From: Planctomycetota bacterium
GTDB taxonomy: Bacteria; Planctomycetota; Brocadiia; Brocadiales; Bathyanammoxibiaceae
NCBI GenBank assembly: GCA_023261505.1
Contig: JAHFOV010000002.1
Location: 14,136-78,135 of the forward strand
Length of the DNA: 64,000 bases
Direction of reading: 5' to 3'
Shown: piece after piece, positions 9,991 to 18,591 of the stretch
How positions within the stretch are numbered: position 1 is the first letter of the stretch
Layout: each line of letters opens with the position of its first letter
Position numbers and translations under genes: made by a program
The notes under the pieces: generated by a model
Databases searched by the model: none
What the model was told of the DNA's origin: nothing
The model's input: the letters and a program-made list of their open reading frames with translations, nothing else

Positions 9991-10383
9991 CTAACTTACC
10001 AACTCCTTCACCTTATTAATTATCTCCCAGGCCACATCCAGATACCCTTTTGCTTCCTCTCCGGTGGGTTCAGAGTATTCGGAGGCTGGGAAGCGGTTGT
10101 CTAGATAGTAACAGTTCATACCCTGGGAGGGCTTAAGGTATTTCTCAAAGGACTTGTCATGCTTACTTGCCTCTTTGAGGAGGGTAACCACGTCGTATGT
10201 ATCTCCTGGTGTGCCCCCCTTCAGGAGGAGGTAGCCCTTTAGGTATTTTTCCACCGCTTGGTGGGCCAACAATCCTATTATATCTGTATAGCCCTCTTCA
10301 TCATAGAGGGATACCGCACTCTCTATATGATGGGCCCCTTTGGCGAACCATAACTCAGCGGGACTTCTTTTCCCGGTTTTCAT
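9991..10383 (-). CDS. HEPN domain protein (PF05168-like)
   Basis: 'AHQAVEKYLKGYL' and 'NRFPA...EEAKGYLDVAWEIINKV' follow the HEPN pattern. No nucleotidyltransferase partner is adjacent. Confidence 0.65.
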   Translation of the reverse strand: MKTGKRSPAELWFAKGAHHIESAVSLYDEEGYTDIIGLLAHQAVEKYLKGYLLLKGGTPGDTYDVVTLLKEASKHDKSFEKYLKPSQGMNCYYLDNRFPASEYSEPTGEEAKGYLDVAWEIINKVKELVS

Positions 10384-10394
10384 TGTACCTCTTT

Positions 10395-10457
10395 AATTGA
10401 AATTACAAATTGCAAATTCCAGATTATAGATTTAAATTTAATTTGTAATTTGAAATT
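10395..10457. repeat. family C A+T-rich palindrome (AATTACAAATTGCAAATT-type)
   Basis: 'aattgaaattacaaattgcaaattcc...aatttaatttgtaatttgaaatt'. Confidence 0.75.
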
Positions 10458-10580
10458 AGCTTTAATTTTACCATTGCCAAAGGGCTAATCAATTATAAAA
10501 TAATCATCTGATATTTTCTATTTCTAAGCAGTAATTACCAAAAGAAGTTGAAAGTCTGCTCGAGACGTACGAAGCAGACC

Positions 10581-10666
10581 CATTGCAAAAGGAGGAGATT
10601 GCTTTCGCCACAATAAGGGCCTCGCAATGACTGGAAGTGTCGTTGCGAACGGAGCGAACCAATCTC
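10581..10666. repeat. family A palindromic repeat, degenerate double copy
   Basis: 'cattgcaaaaggaggagattgctttcgcc...cctcgcaatgac' plus 'gtcgttgcgaacggagcgaaccaatctc'. Confidence 0.7.
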
Positions 10667-10692
10667 TTATTGTATTTTAAGGAGAAAAAGAC

Positions 10693-11541
10693 TTGTCCAC
10701 CAAAAAAGTAAGTGGATTCGCTCCGCATAAGGCGGATGGCGAACCGTTTGAGATTGATTGCCATGTCCACACTTTCTGGTCTGCCTGTGCAGACCCTGTA
10801 ACCGTGGAGGATTACCTATCCTGCGCTAAAAAGGCCAGGCTAAGTGGCATGGCCACTCCCAACCTCTTCGCCATAACAGACCACAGCAACGACATCTATT
10901 TTGGTGGCAGGGCCACTCCCGGCAAAAAAGATGAAAGGGAAGAACCGAAACGGCAAACAAAAACGCTAGACCTCAAGCCCATGCTTAAAACTAGGGCCTA
11001 CCGTCTTGAGAAATACCTATCGGAGTTGGATCCTTACCGAAAGTATGGGGTAAGAAAAGGTATTGAGCTGGAGCAGATGCCCGATGGACAGTTTATCTTT
11101 GACTGGGACTTTAGAGAAAGGTTTGATGTGATTATAGGCTCCGTGCATATTATTCCTTCCCTGAAGCGTGGGGAAAGTGTGGAGGTGGTGCAGGAAGAGT
11201 TTTTGTTTCTCACCATGAAGGCCCTGGAGCAAGATATAGACATACTGGCCCACCCCACAAGGGGTCTCAGGAGGGCAGGCATAGCAGTACCAGGGGCTTA
11301 TCAAGACATGATTATTGAGAAGGCCCTCTCCAGGGGAATAGCCCTGGAGGTAAATGCGCACTCCCTTGACCCCGATTCTGTTTTTCTTCGTAAATGCCTG
11401 GAAAAAGGTACTAAACTGGCCTTTAGCACTGATAGCCATTCCCTGAAAGAATTCGGAGATTTCTCCTTTCATAGGCTTATGCTTCAGGAGGCGGGGATAA
11501 ATGGAAAGGAGTTATTAGAAAATTGCTTTCAGTTGGAATAA
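10693..11541 (+). CDS. PHP (polymerase/histidinol phosphatase) family metal-dependent phosphoesterase
   Basis: 'IDCHVHT', 'ITDHS', 'GSVH', 'ILAHP' and 'STDSH' form a metal-ligand series. TTG start 8 nt after AAGGAG. Confidence 0.6.
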   Translation: MSTKKVSGFAPHKADGEPFEIDCHVHTFWSACADPVTVEDYLSCAKKARLSGMATPNLFAITDHSNDIYFGGRATPGKKDEREEPKRQTKTLDLKPMLKTRAYRLEKYLSELDPYRKYGVRKGIELEQMPDGQFIFDWDFRERFDVIIGSVHIIPSLKRGESVEVVQEEFLFLTMKALEQDIDILAHPTRGLRRAGIAVPGAYQDMIIEKALSRGIALEVNAHSLDPDSVFLRKCLEKGTKLAFSTDSHSLKEFGDFSFHRLMLQEAGINGKELLENCFQLE

Positions 11542-11577
11542 AGGCTAAGGTCTACGGAAAGAGGAGAGAGGCAATAG

Positions 11578-12564
11578 GTGGCAAGTAAAAATACTTTTCG
11601 CTGTACCCCGTCTCCTGTGATCTGTACCCTAATATGCCTGCTCTTTTCCCTTTTACTTCTGGTAGGGTGTGAATATGAGGTTAAGGATCACGTTTCCATA
11701 GCTTCCCGTCTCTTGGATTCAGGAGAGGTGGATGAGGCTATTGTGGAGCTAAATAAGGCCCTGGAGCTTTCCCCCAAGAATACTCAGGCTCGCCTACTAT
11801 TGGGACATGCCTACGAGAAGCAAGGAGAAGCTGAAAAGGCCTTTAATGAGTACTTGAAGGCCATAGAAGATAACCCGCATTCTGCCAGTGCCCATGCCTC
11901 CCTGGGGCTGGCCTATTCCAGAAAGGGTATGCCGGACAAGGCTATTGAGGAACTAAAGATAGTAATAGATACGTTCCCCAGGATGGCAGAACCCCACTAT
12001 ATGATAGGTATGGTGTATGGTGAGAAGGGGATGTTGGATGAGGCAATTAAAGAATTTAAGAAGGCAGTGGAACTGGAACCCAACTATGCCGAGGCCCACC
12101 TTTATCTGGGCCTGGCTTACGATTCTAAGGGCAATTATGAGAAGGCTATCAGGGAGTATGAAGCTGTACTCTCCATGAGGCCCCAGGATGCTGTAGCCAG
12201 TGTTAACCTTGCTGAGGCGCACAAGAACCTTGGATTGACCCTGGCCAAGAGGGGCCTGACCAAGGAAGCGGTCAACCACCTTCAGAAGGCTACAGAAATA
12301 GACCCTAACCTGGTGGACGCTTATCTGCACCTGGGAAAACTTTATGAAGAAAACGGGCAACCGGAGGAGGCTATTAAAGAATATCGCAAGGCTGTAGGTA
12401 TAGACTCAGAACTTGCCAGCGCTCACCAGGCCCTGGCAGCGGTCCTTCAGAAAGAAGGGCTAACCGAGGAGGCAGAAAAAGAGCTGGCAATTTACAAAAA
12501 GCTTACCAAAAAGGAGGAATTAGAAAAGAGAAACGAGGGATTAGTAAAAGAAACTAACCCCTGA
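11578..12564 (+). CDS. TPR-repeat lipoprotein
   Basis: Serial 34-aa TPR units ('A..LG.AY...G....AI..Y..A....P'). Signal/lipobox-like 'LLLLVGC'. Confidence 0.8.
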   Translation: MASKNTFRCTPSPVICTLICLLFSLLLLVGCEYEVKDHVSIASRLLDSGEVDEAIVELNKALELSPKNTQARLLLGHAYEKQGEAEKAFNEYLKAIEDNPHSASAHASLGLAYSRKGMPDKAIEELKIVIDTFPRMAEPHYMIGMVYGEKGMLDEAIKEFKKAVELEPNYAEAHLYLGLAYDSKGNYEKAIREYEAVLSMRPQDAVASVNLAEAHKNLGLTLAKRGLTKEAVNHLQKATEIDPNLVDAYLHLGKLYEENGQPEEAIKEYRKAVGIDSELASAHQALAAVLQKEGLTEEAEKELAIYKKLTKKEELEKRNEGLVKETNP

Positions 12565-12580
12565 CCCTACTCACTAAGCC

Positions 12581-13093
12581 TTACTTTATAGTAGCCAGAT
12601 ATTTCTCAAAGGCATCGTAAACGGGCCCTTTGAAGAGGACTATATAGACCTTTTCTAAAGAGCTTCCCTTTTCCAGGTGTTCCATTATTGTGTCTATCAT
12701 TATCTGGGCACACTGGTTGGCTGGAAAACCAGCTACTCCCGTCCCAATAGCGGGGAATGCAATGCTCTTTAATTTTTTCTCTTCAGTCCTCTTTAGAGAA
12801 TTTTTTACAGAATTAAGGAGGGACTCCCTGGTGGTTAAAGGCCCTCCGAGGCTCATACTGGCGGCGTGGATGACGTACTTGGCCTTGAGCTTTCCTGCCC
12901 CAGTAATGGCAGCCTCTCCCAAAGGAATAGGGCCAAGCTTGTTGCACTCCTCCTGGATAGAAGGTCCACCCCTTTTTCTTATGGCCCCCGCCACCCCTCC
13001 TCCAAGCATAAGCTCAGTGTTAGCAGCGTTTATAATTGCATCCACTTCCATCTCTGTAATGTCACCCTGGGTGAGAATTAGCTTCTCTTTCAT
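12581..13093 (-). CDS. macro domain protein (ADP-ribose / O-acetyl-ADP-ribose hydrolase-like)
   Basis: 'DAIINAANTELMLGGGVAGAI' and 'IAFPAIGTGVAGFP' macro-domain motifs. Confidence 0.8.
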   Translation of the reverse strand: MKEKLILTQGDITEMEVDAIINAANTELMLGGGVAGAIRKRGGPSIQEECNKLGPIPLGEAAITGAGKLKAKYVIHAASMSLGGPLTTRESLLNSVKNSLKRTEEKKLKSIAFPAIGTGVAGFPANQCAQIMIDTIMEHLEKGSSLEKVYIVLFKGPVYDAFEKYLATIK

Positions 13094-13508
13094 AGCCTTT
13101 ACTCCTCTTATCCAGGTAAATTTGTAGAATACTCTGGGCTGCCATAGTGTCAGCCCTTTTTGTCCTTTCCTTCCTGGAGAGACCTCCAGCCTTCATAATC
13201 TTGTGTGCTCCTGCCGTGGTTAGCCTTTCGTCTATTAGATGAACGGGCAGGTTAAACTTGACCTTAAGATTTTCAACAAACTGAAGCACCTCATGGGCCT
13301 CTTTGCCCAGAGTGGCATCCATCCTTTTGGGCAATCCCACTACTATCTCTTCAACCTCTTTCTCCCTGATTAATTGAGATAGCTTCTCGAGATCTTCTTC
13401 CAATCCGCTGCACTCCAGTATCCCAAGCGGTTGAGCAGTCAGGCCCAGTGGGTCACTAAGGGCCAGCCCTAGCCTCTTTTTACCATAGTCTATTCCGAGG
13501 ATGCGCAA
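13062..13508 (-). CDS. ruvX: Holliday junction resolvase-like nuclease RuvX/YqgF
   Basis: 'MRILGIDYGKKRLGLALSD' and 'DERLTT' YqgF signatures. Confidence 0.85.
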   Translation of the reverse strand: MRILGIDYGKKRLGLALSDPLGLTAQPLGILECSGLEEDLEKLSQLIREKEVEEIVVGLPKRMDATLGKEAHEVLQFVENLKVKFNLPVHLIDERLTTAGAHKIMKAGGLSRKERTKRADTMAAQSILQIYLDKRSKGYEREANSHPG

Positions 13509-13560
13509 GGTGTATTCTTTTCAATAAGGGTGACCCGACCGGGTCGCCCCTACAAACAGA

Positions 13561-14790
13561 TTAAGCCCCAAGGAACATTAGCACTATCCCTGACCCAAGA
13601 GGCAAGGAAATATTATCATCTCTTAGGGGCAAGGACTCAAGGAAGGAAGACACCAGGGCTACAGACAAGGCAGGTATAGGAGAAAGGCATAGAAAGGAGC
13701 AAAAACAGGCCACCAGGAAAAAAGCCAGAGTACCCACCACGCTCTTAGAACGATTATAGGGAAGGGGCCTTCCCTTCCACACCTTCCCTACAATGGTGGC
13801 CGCACTGTCGGCAAAGGCTAGTATCCATATTACTACCAGGGCCACATGGGCAGGAAAGAGTAGAAGGGACATTATTACACCAAGGGCCATAGTAATTGGC
13901 CCGGTAACCAGACTTCGCCTTTCATCTATCCTCATACACGCCGTGGTTACACTGCCAAATAAGGGTACTGGCCTGCCATTTAACCGCCCCAACTCAGAAA
14001 GGGCATATAGCACCAGTAATAAAGTTAAAAAAATTACAGTAGGAGAAAAAGCAACATTTGCAAAAAAAGGAACAGCCCCGGCCCATATATGTACAAGCTT
14101 TCTTCTTAGCTCCTGTAAAAATTCCCTCTTCTGGTCAGCCACCTCGCCACCGTCAATATAGTTCAGCAACTCTCTCAGGTCTTTCCCATCTATCAGATAG
14201 TCGGCCTTTTTCCTTACAAGCAGTCCAGCGTTTACACCAATGCTCAGGCCTGCCTGTTCCATTATAGAGATATTATTAGGGTCATCGGCTATTACTACCA
14301 CTTCTTCCCACCCGATATCCCTTTGCCTTGTAAGTTCTTTTATGAGGGCAGCCTTTCCTGTAGAGGTGCTCAAGTCCCCTCCTACTGTCCCTGACAATGA
14401 ATCTCCAGAAAAACCTACATCTATACCAAAACCCATGTCGGCCCCCAGCTTAAAGGCTAAGTCTCTTACCAGGAAATCTGGTACACCGCTACTAATAATA
14501 GCAACTGTATGCCCCCGCTCCTTCAGTTTTTGAATAACTTCTTTAATCCCTGCAATGAGGGTCATCTCCTTGTATACTTTCCATAGGGTATTTAAGGATG
14601 TGCCCCGGAGTGCCTTGTATACCTCCTCTAGGACCCTTTCAATACTAAGTCTCCCTAGGTCGAAGAGGATGCAAAGATGATAGGTGCGAAGATACGAGTA
14701 GAGGCCCTGATTACGGGATAACCTTAGCAGATAGTGATCCCTGAAGATAACGCCGTCTAGGTCAAAGACTATGAATTTCCCCTGTCGCAT
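13561..14790 (-). CDS. fusion protein: HAD-IB phosphatase domain plus polyprenol (dolichol/phytol) kinase-like CTP-transferase membrane domain
   Basis: N-terminal half has 'FIVFDLDGVIF', 'ISSGV' and 'ADDPNN' HAD motifs. C-terminal half is multi-TM with 'FADSAATIVGKVWKG', typical of dolichol/phytol kinases. Confidence 0.6.
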   Translation of the reverse strand: MRQGKFIVFDLDGVIFRDHYLLRLSRNQGLYSYLRTYHLCILFDLGRLSIERVLEEVYKALRGTSLNTLWKVYKEMTLIAGIKEVIQKLKERGHTVAIISSGVPDFLVRDLAFKLGADMGFGIDVGFSGDSLSGTVGGDLSTSTGKAALIKELTRQRDIGWEEVVVIADDPNNISIMEQAGLSIGVNAGLLVRKKADYLIDGKDLRELLNYIDGGEVADQKREFLQELRRKLVHIWAGAVPFFANVAFSPTVIFLTLLLVLYALSELGRLNGRPVPLFGSVTTACMRIDERRSLVTGPITMALGVIMSLLLFPAHVALVVIWILAFADSAATIVGKVWKGRPLPYNRSKSVVGTLAFFLVACFCSFLCLSPIPALSVALVSSFLESLPLRDDNISLPLGSGIVLMFLGA

Positions 14791-14875
14791 ATAAACTTCT
14801 GTTCTGCAAGAAGCCTCGTAAGCTCACAATGTTCTTTAATTTTAATAGTGAGATTGCTCGCTCGCGACTGACAGG

Positions 14876-16423
14876 TCACTCGGCTTCTTCAGGTTTGGGC
14901 AGTAGCTCCCTTTCCCTCATTTCTTCCAATGCCTTGAGTCTCCTGAGTATAGAGGCCTCACTCTGCATACCTATATATTTCTTTAGAAGGTTGGACCAGG
15001 AGATGTATGTGAAGGCATTGGGGTTCATGTGGGCGAGTCCCTTCCTGACGAGGAAGGCGTAGTTTTCCCACATGTATAGGAAATCCCGCTCTATGCGGCT
15101 GGGGTTGCCCTCCTTCGCCCAGAACTCACCATAGAAGCCTCCCAGTGTATCCGGCCATTTTTCCTCCACAGGGGCCGGGGCTTTTGGTCTTTCTTCAGGC
15201 ATTGGAAAAAGGGCCTTCTCCTCATAGAGTTTCTTGAGTAATCCATAGGATTCCTTGACATAGGCGAAGACCTGGTCTGAGGCAAGGTCCATGGAGGTGA
15301 GGTATTCCTTGGAAAATCTTAAGGAATGGCACTGTACGCAGGTCTCTATCCAGGCAAGCCTCCTCTGCGTCAGCTCTGGATTATCACTAATGTATTTACT
15401 GGGCGGAAGGTCCTTAAAGATGTTGTTGTAGAAAAGGACATCTCCTTCACCCATTATGGACTTCCTTACCATATTGTGAGAATACTCTCCCTTGTAATAC
15501 ATATGACAGTAGGCACAGGTCGGTGCTGGGTACTGGGCTTCTTTTAAGGGTTTGTCCCAATCCCACTTTGAACCCTGGGTAGTGTAGACAGTCCCGTGCT
15601 TCGAATCTCGATAATACTCAATATCGGGGTGGTCTGGACCGTTGTGGCAGGTAGCGCAGGCCTCCGGCCTTCTTGCTTCTGCAGCCTTAAACGAATGGCG
15701 GGTGTGACAGCTGTCGCATTTGTGCTGGATGTTGTGGCACATGTCACATCCCTGAACTACATTCTTGTCTGTGGCTGCCCAGATATCTGTCCACAGGTTA
15801 GCATCGTAAGAGCGGGCGTGGCTTTCTCTACCTTCTGGCCAGTCGGGTATGCCATACTTGGCCTCAGAAGAGAATTCTTCTACCTCCTTCGGGTGGCAGA
15901 CGCCGCATGTATCAGGCAAGGGCATTATGAGTTCTTTCCCGTGGTCAAGCTTTTCCGCTCCTGGTTTACCATGGCAATCGATACAACTAACCTGTGCAAG
16001 CTTCCCCCCGAGCGATGCCTTTATCTCCTTTAACCTCTTTTTTTGATATGGCTTAAGTAGTTTAAAGTTACCGTGAGTACTCTCGGCCCAAGACTTTACC
16101 AGTAATGGATTTAGCTTGGAATGACACTCAATGCACTGGTCTCTGCTAAAGACGCCTTGAGGAACGGCTGGAGGCGTGTAGAAATATTGTGGGGCCCAGT
16201 ATTTGTGGGTGGGTATGGGTTCCCAGTACTTTGCATACGGCCCTACACCTTTTCCTACCTCTCCCGGATGGGTAAAGGCCTCCTTTTTTTCTGTTACAAC
16301 CCCGCCGTGGCCGTAGGCTGAGTAAGGCACATCTACGTGAGGCTTTTCCTCCTCTTCTTTGGCAGTGGCAGAAAGACAAAATAAAAATATTGCTAGAATA
16401 CCGACCAGTCCTCTAGGCAACAT
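14876..16423 (-). CDS. octahaem hydroxylamine oxidoreductase (HAO/HZO) family cytochrome c
   Basis: Eight CxxCH motifs (CIECH, CIDCH, CGVCH, CDMCH, CDSCH, CATCH, CAYCH, CVQCH), including the HAO-typical 'CDMCHNIQHKCDSCHTRH'. Signal peptide. The ATG at 16423 follows GAAAGGAAGGA. Confidence 0.85.
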   Translation of the reverse strand: MLPRGLVGILAIFLFCLSATAKEEEEKPHVDVPYSAYGHGGVVTEKKEAFTHPGEVGKGVGPYAKYWEPIPTHKYWAPQYFYTPPAVPQGVFSRDQCIECHSKLNPLLVKSWAESTHGNFKLLKPYQKKRLKEIKASLGGKLAQVSCIDCHGKPGAEKLDHGKELIMPLPDTCGVCHPKEVEEFSSEAKYGIPDWPEGRESHARSYDANLWTDIWAATDKNVVQGCDMCHNIQHKCDSCHTRHSFKAAEARRPEACATCHNGPDHPDIEYYRDSKHGTVYTTQGSKWDWDKPLKEAQYPAPTCAYCHMYYKGEYSHNMVRKSIMGEGDVLFYNNIFKDLPPSKYISDNPELTQRRLAWIETCVQCHSLRFSKEYLTSMDLASDQVFAYVKESYGLLKKLYEEKALFPMPEERPKAPAPVEEKWPDTLGGFYGEFWAKEGNPSRIERDFLYMWENYAFLVRKGLAHMNPNAFTYISWSNLLKKYIGMQSEASILRRLKALEEMRERELLPKPEEAE

Positions 16424-16496
16424 AGTTGTCCTTCCTTTCAACGAAATAAAAAGCTGGGTTGGTGAGAGGATTCTTACCCCCGACCCTCAGAAAAAA

Positions 16497-16525
16497 ATGA
16501 TAGCAAGATTTCTGCCTATTTTCAA
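16497..16525 (-). promoter_or_regulatory. sigma-70-type promoter of the HAO-like gene
   Basis: The minus strand reads TTGAAA-17 nt-TATCAT. The paralogous copy upstream of the neighbouring gene conserves both hexamers. Confidence 0.55.
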
Positions 16526-16595
16526 CTAGCTTATTTTACACACACTTACATATACTTTAGACTGACTCTTCCAACTGGGCTTTTTCACGGCTTTT

Positions 16596-17099
16596 CTATT
16601 CCCACATTTCCTCCTCGCTTTCCGCTTCCCAGCCACCTTCTTCTATAGTTTTCTCAACTGCATTTATGCGGCGCAAAAGTTCATTCACTGCTGTTCTGTC
16701 TACAATTTCTTCTTCTACAATGCCTGCAATGTGGGAAAGAATATTAGCCGCCTCACTGCTTCTCTCTTGTATGGCTTCTATTGCGTTCTGAAAGAAGTTA
16801 TTTGCATTCTCCTTGGATTGGCTGGGGTCCACCTGAAAGGCACCGTCTGGAAGGGACTGATAATAATCATTGATAGCCATTACTTCTTTTACGAGGCTTT
16901 CAACTTTTGTTTCTTTTTTTGGCTCCTTCTTTATTTCCTTTTCCGCCTTTTTTTCAGCTTTTTTTTCTGGCTTGCCCGCCTCTTTTTCTGCACAAGTAAT
17001 ATTTGCGGTAAAGACAAAGAGCGAGAGCAGCTCACATAAAGCAACTATAAAAATTGTGGACTTTGTCCCTGAGTTCCTGCCCAGGCCTCTAAGCAGCAT
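16596..17099 (-). CDS. hypothetical small secreted protein with a Lys/Glu-rich repeat
   Basis: Signal anchor, a 'KPEKKAEKKAEKEIKKEPKKETK' tract and an acidic helical C-terminus. It shares the promoter, 5'UTR and start module of the downstream HAO gene. Confidence 0.5.
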   Translation of the reverse strand: MLLRGLGRNSGTKSTIFIVALCELLSLFVFTANITCAEKEAGKPEKKAEKKAEKEIKKEPKKETKVESLVKEVMAINDYYQSLPDGAFQVDPSQSKENANNFFQNAIEAIQERSSEAANILSHIAGIVEEEIVDRTAVNELLRRINAVEKTIEEGGWEAESEEEMWE

Positions 17100-17197
17100 G
17101 GCTGTCCTTCCTTTCAAAGAAATGGAAATCTGAAGGTAAGCAAATGTATTCTGAACCCTCGGCCCTCCTGCAGAGCCTCAATCATAAAGGATGACAA

Positions 17198-17226
17198 ATA
17201 GTAGCAAGTCTTTTGCTTATTTTCAA
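17198..17226 (-). promoter_or_regulatory. sigma-70-type promoter of the small secreted protein gene
   Basis: The minus strand reads TTGAAA-17 nt-TACTAT, homologous to 16497-16525. Confidence 0.55.
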
Positions 17227-17430
17227 GGAGTTTATTTTACTCAGGTGGTGGAATATATGGGCATATTTTAGGTCTCGGGGAAAGTCATAAATACTTTATT
17301 TACTTTTCACTTAATGGGTGGTGGGAAGGGGGGGAGCTACCAGAGGATTGTTTCAGACTTTATTCCCGCAATGGCAAAGCAGGAGGTGGCTTGCTGGGAA
17401 AGACGTCTTCTAACGATTAGCAGGCATGGC

Positions 17431-18591
17431 TTAGTTTTCCATGGATTTTGCCATTTCTATCCTTCTGGAGATGGGAGGATGGTCGTAGAAGAGGTACTCA
17501 ATGAGGCCGCTTGGTTCTTTATCTGCAAGGTTTTTATCGGCCAGCTTTTCCATCGCAGAGATGAACGCCGAGGGATTTCGTGTTTTATCCAGGGCAAACT
17601 GGTCGGATTGTTTCTCCAGATGGCGGCTGTAGGCATTCTCAAGGGGGAGAAGCACTAAAGTAAATGCCACCATGATTAACAATAAGAGTGGGAAGGCGGC
17701 CACGTCGTGAATTTGTTCTAATCGAAAGAGGGGTATAATCTGGCGGAATATACGGTCAGCCAGGGCTAGCCCTACAAATACGCTAAGACTACCTATTAAG
17801 AGAAGCCTCTGGATATGGCGGTGGACATGGTGACCAAGTTCATGGGCAAATACAACCTGTATCTCCTGTAGGGTGAAGCTCTCTAGCAACGTATCGCTGA
17901 AAATCACCCTCCTGGTCTTCCCAAGGCCTGCCAGTAGGGCGTTGACCTTTCTGGTATCTTTACCCAGGTCAATCTTAAATATGCCTTTCAGGTCGAGTCC
18001 CGCCTCAGCGGCCATGGGCACCAGTAACCCCTTGAGAGCCTCATCCTCAATAGGAGTGCTCTTATAAAAGAGTGGAAGTATAAGCACAGGAGTCAGCCTC
18101 GCCATAACCAGGGCAAAAAGGGTGAAGAATAACCCAGCTATTGGCCACCAATAATCAGTAAAATTGTATAGTAAAAAGTAAAGTACTTCTATCATAAGGA
18201 GGCTTAGCGAGAAGGCGAGGGCTGTTGCCTTAAGCTCCTCTTTAGCCCAGGCGCCCAGACCCTGACGGGAAAGCCCGTAGCTGTGCTCTAGAAGGAAACC
18301 AGAATAAAATTCTAGCGGTAGGTTTATTATGACGTAGAGCGAGAAGAAACCTGTGTAGTATAGTGCCACCCGGAGATAATAGTTGCTAGATACCTCTGAG
18401 GCCCATCCCCTTAGGGGTACAGAGAGATATAGGGCCATAAGCAGTAAATATCCAATACTAATAAGAAAACTTATTATTATGAGTAAATACTTACGGCGGT
18501 TGTAGTCCCTTGAGTTATTATTTACGTCTTTTTGGACAGTGTTCTCGCTGCCCGCGCAATCACTTACTAGATGTTTTTTGTTGAATTCCAT
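17431..18591 (-). CDS. M48 family (Ste24/HtpX-like) membrane zinc metalloprotease
   Basis: 'FAHELGHHVHRH' HExxH motif, a multi-TM N-terminal half and a C-terminal 'DHPPISRRI'. Confidence 0.8.
   Translation of the reverse strand: MEFNKKHLVSDCAGSENTVQKDVNNNSRDYNRRKYLLIIISFLISIGYLLLMALYLSVPLRGWASEVSSNYYLRVALYYTGFFSLYVIINLPLEFYSGFLLEHSYGLSRQGLGAWAKEELKATALAFSLSLLMIEVLYFLLYNFTDYWWPIAGLFFTLFALVMARLTPVLILPLFYKSTPIEDEALKGLLVPMAAEAGLDLKGIFKIDLGKDTRKVNALLAGLGKTRRVIFSDTLLESFTLQEIQVVFAHELGHHVHRHIQRLLLIGSLSVFVGLALADRIFRQIIPLFRLEQIHDVAAFPLLLLIMVAFTLVLLPLENAYSRHLEKQSDQFALDKTRNPSAFISAMEKLADKNLADKEPSGLIEYLFYDHPPISRRIEMAKSMEN

Noticed and set aside
10395-10457. The A+T-rich repeated palindromes (also at 24411, 39250, 52884 and 63274) could be taken for CRISPR repeats.
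   Set aside because: They are single palindromic units scattered tens of kb apart. There is no regular repeat-spacer periodicity and no cas genes.
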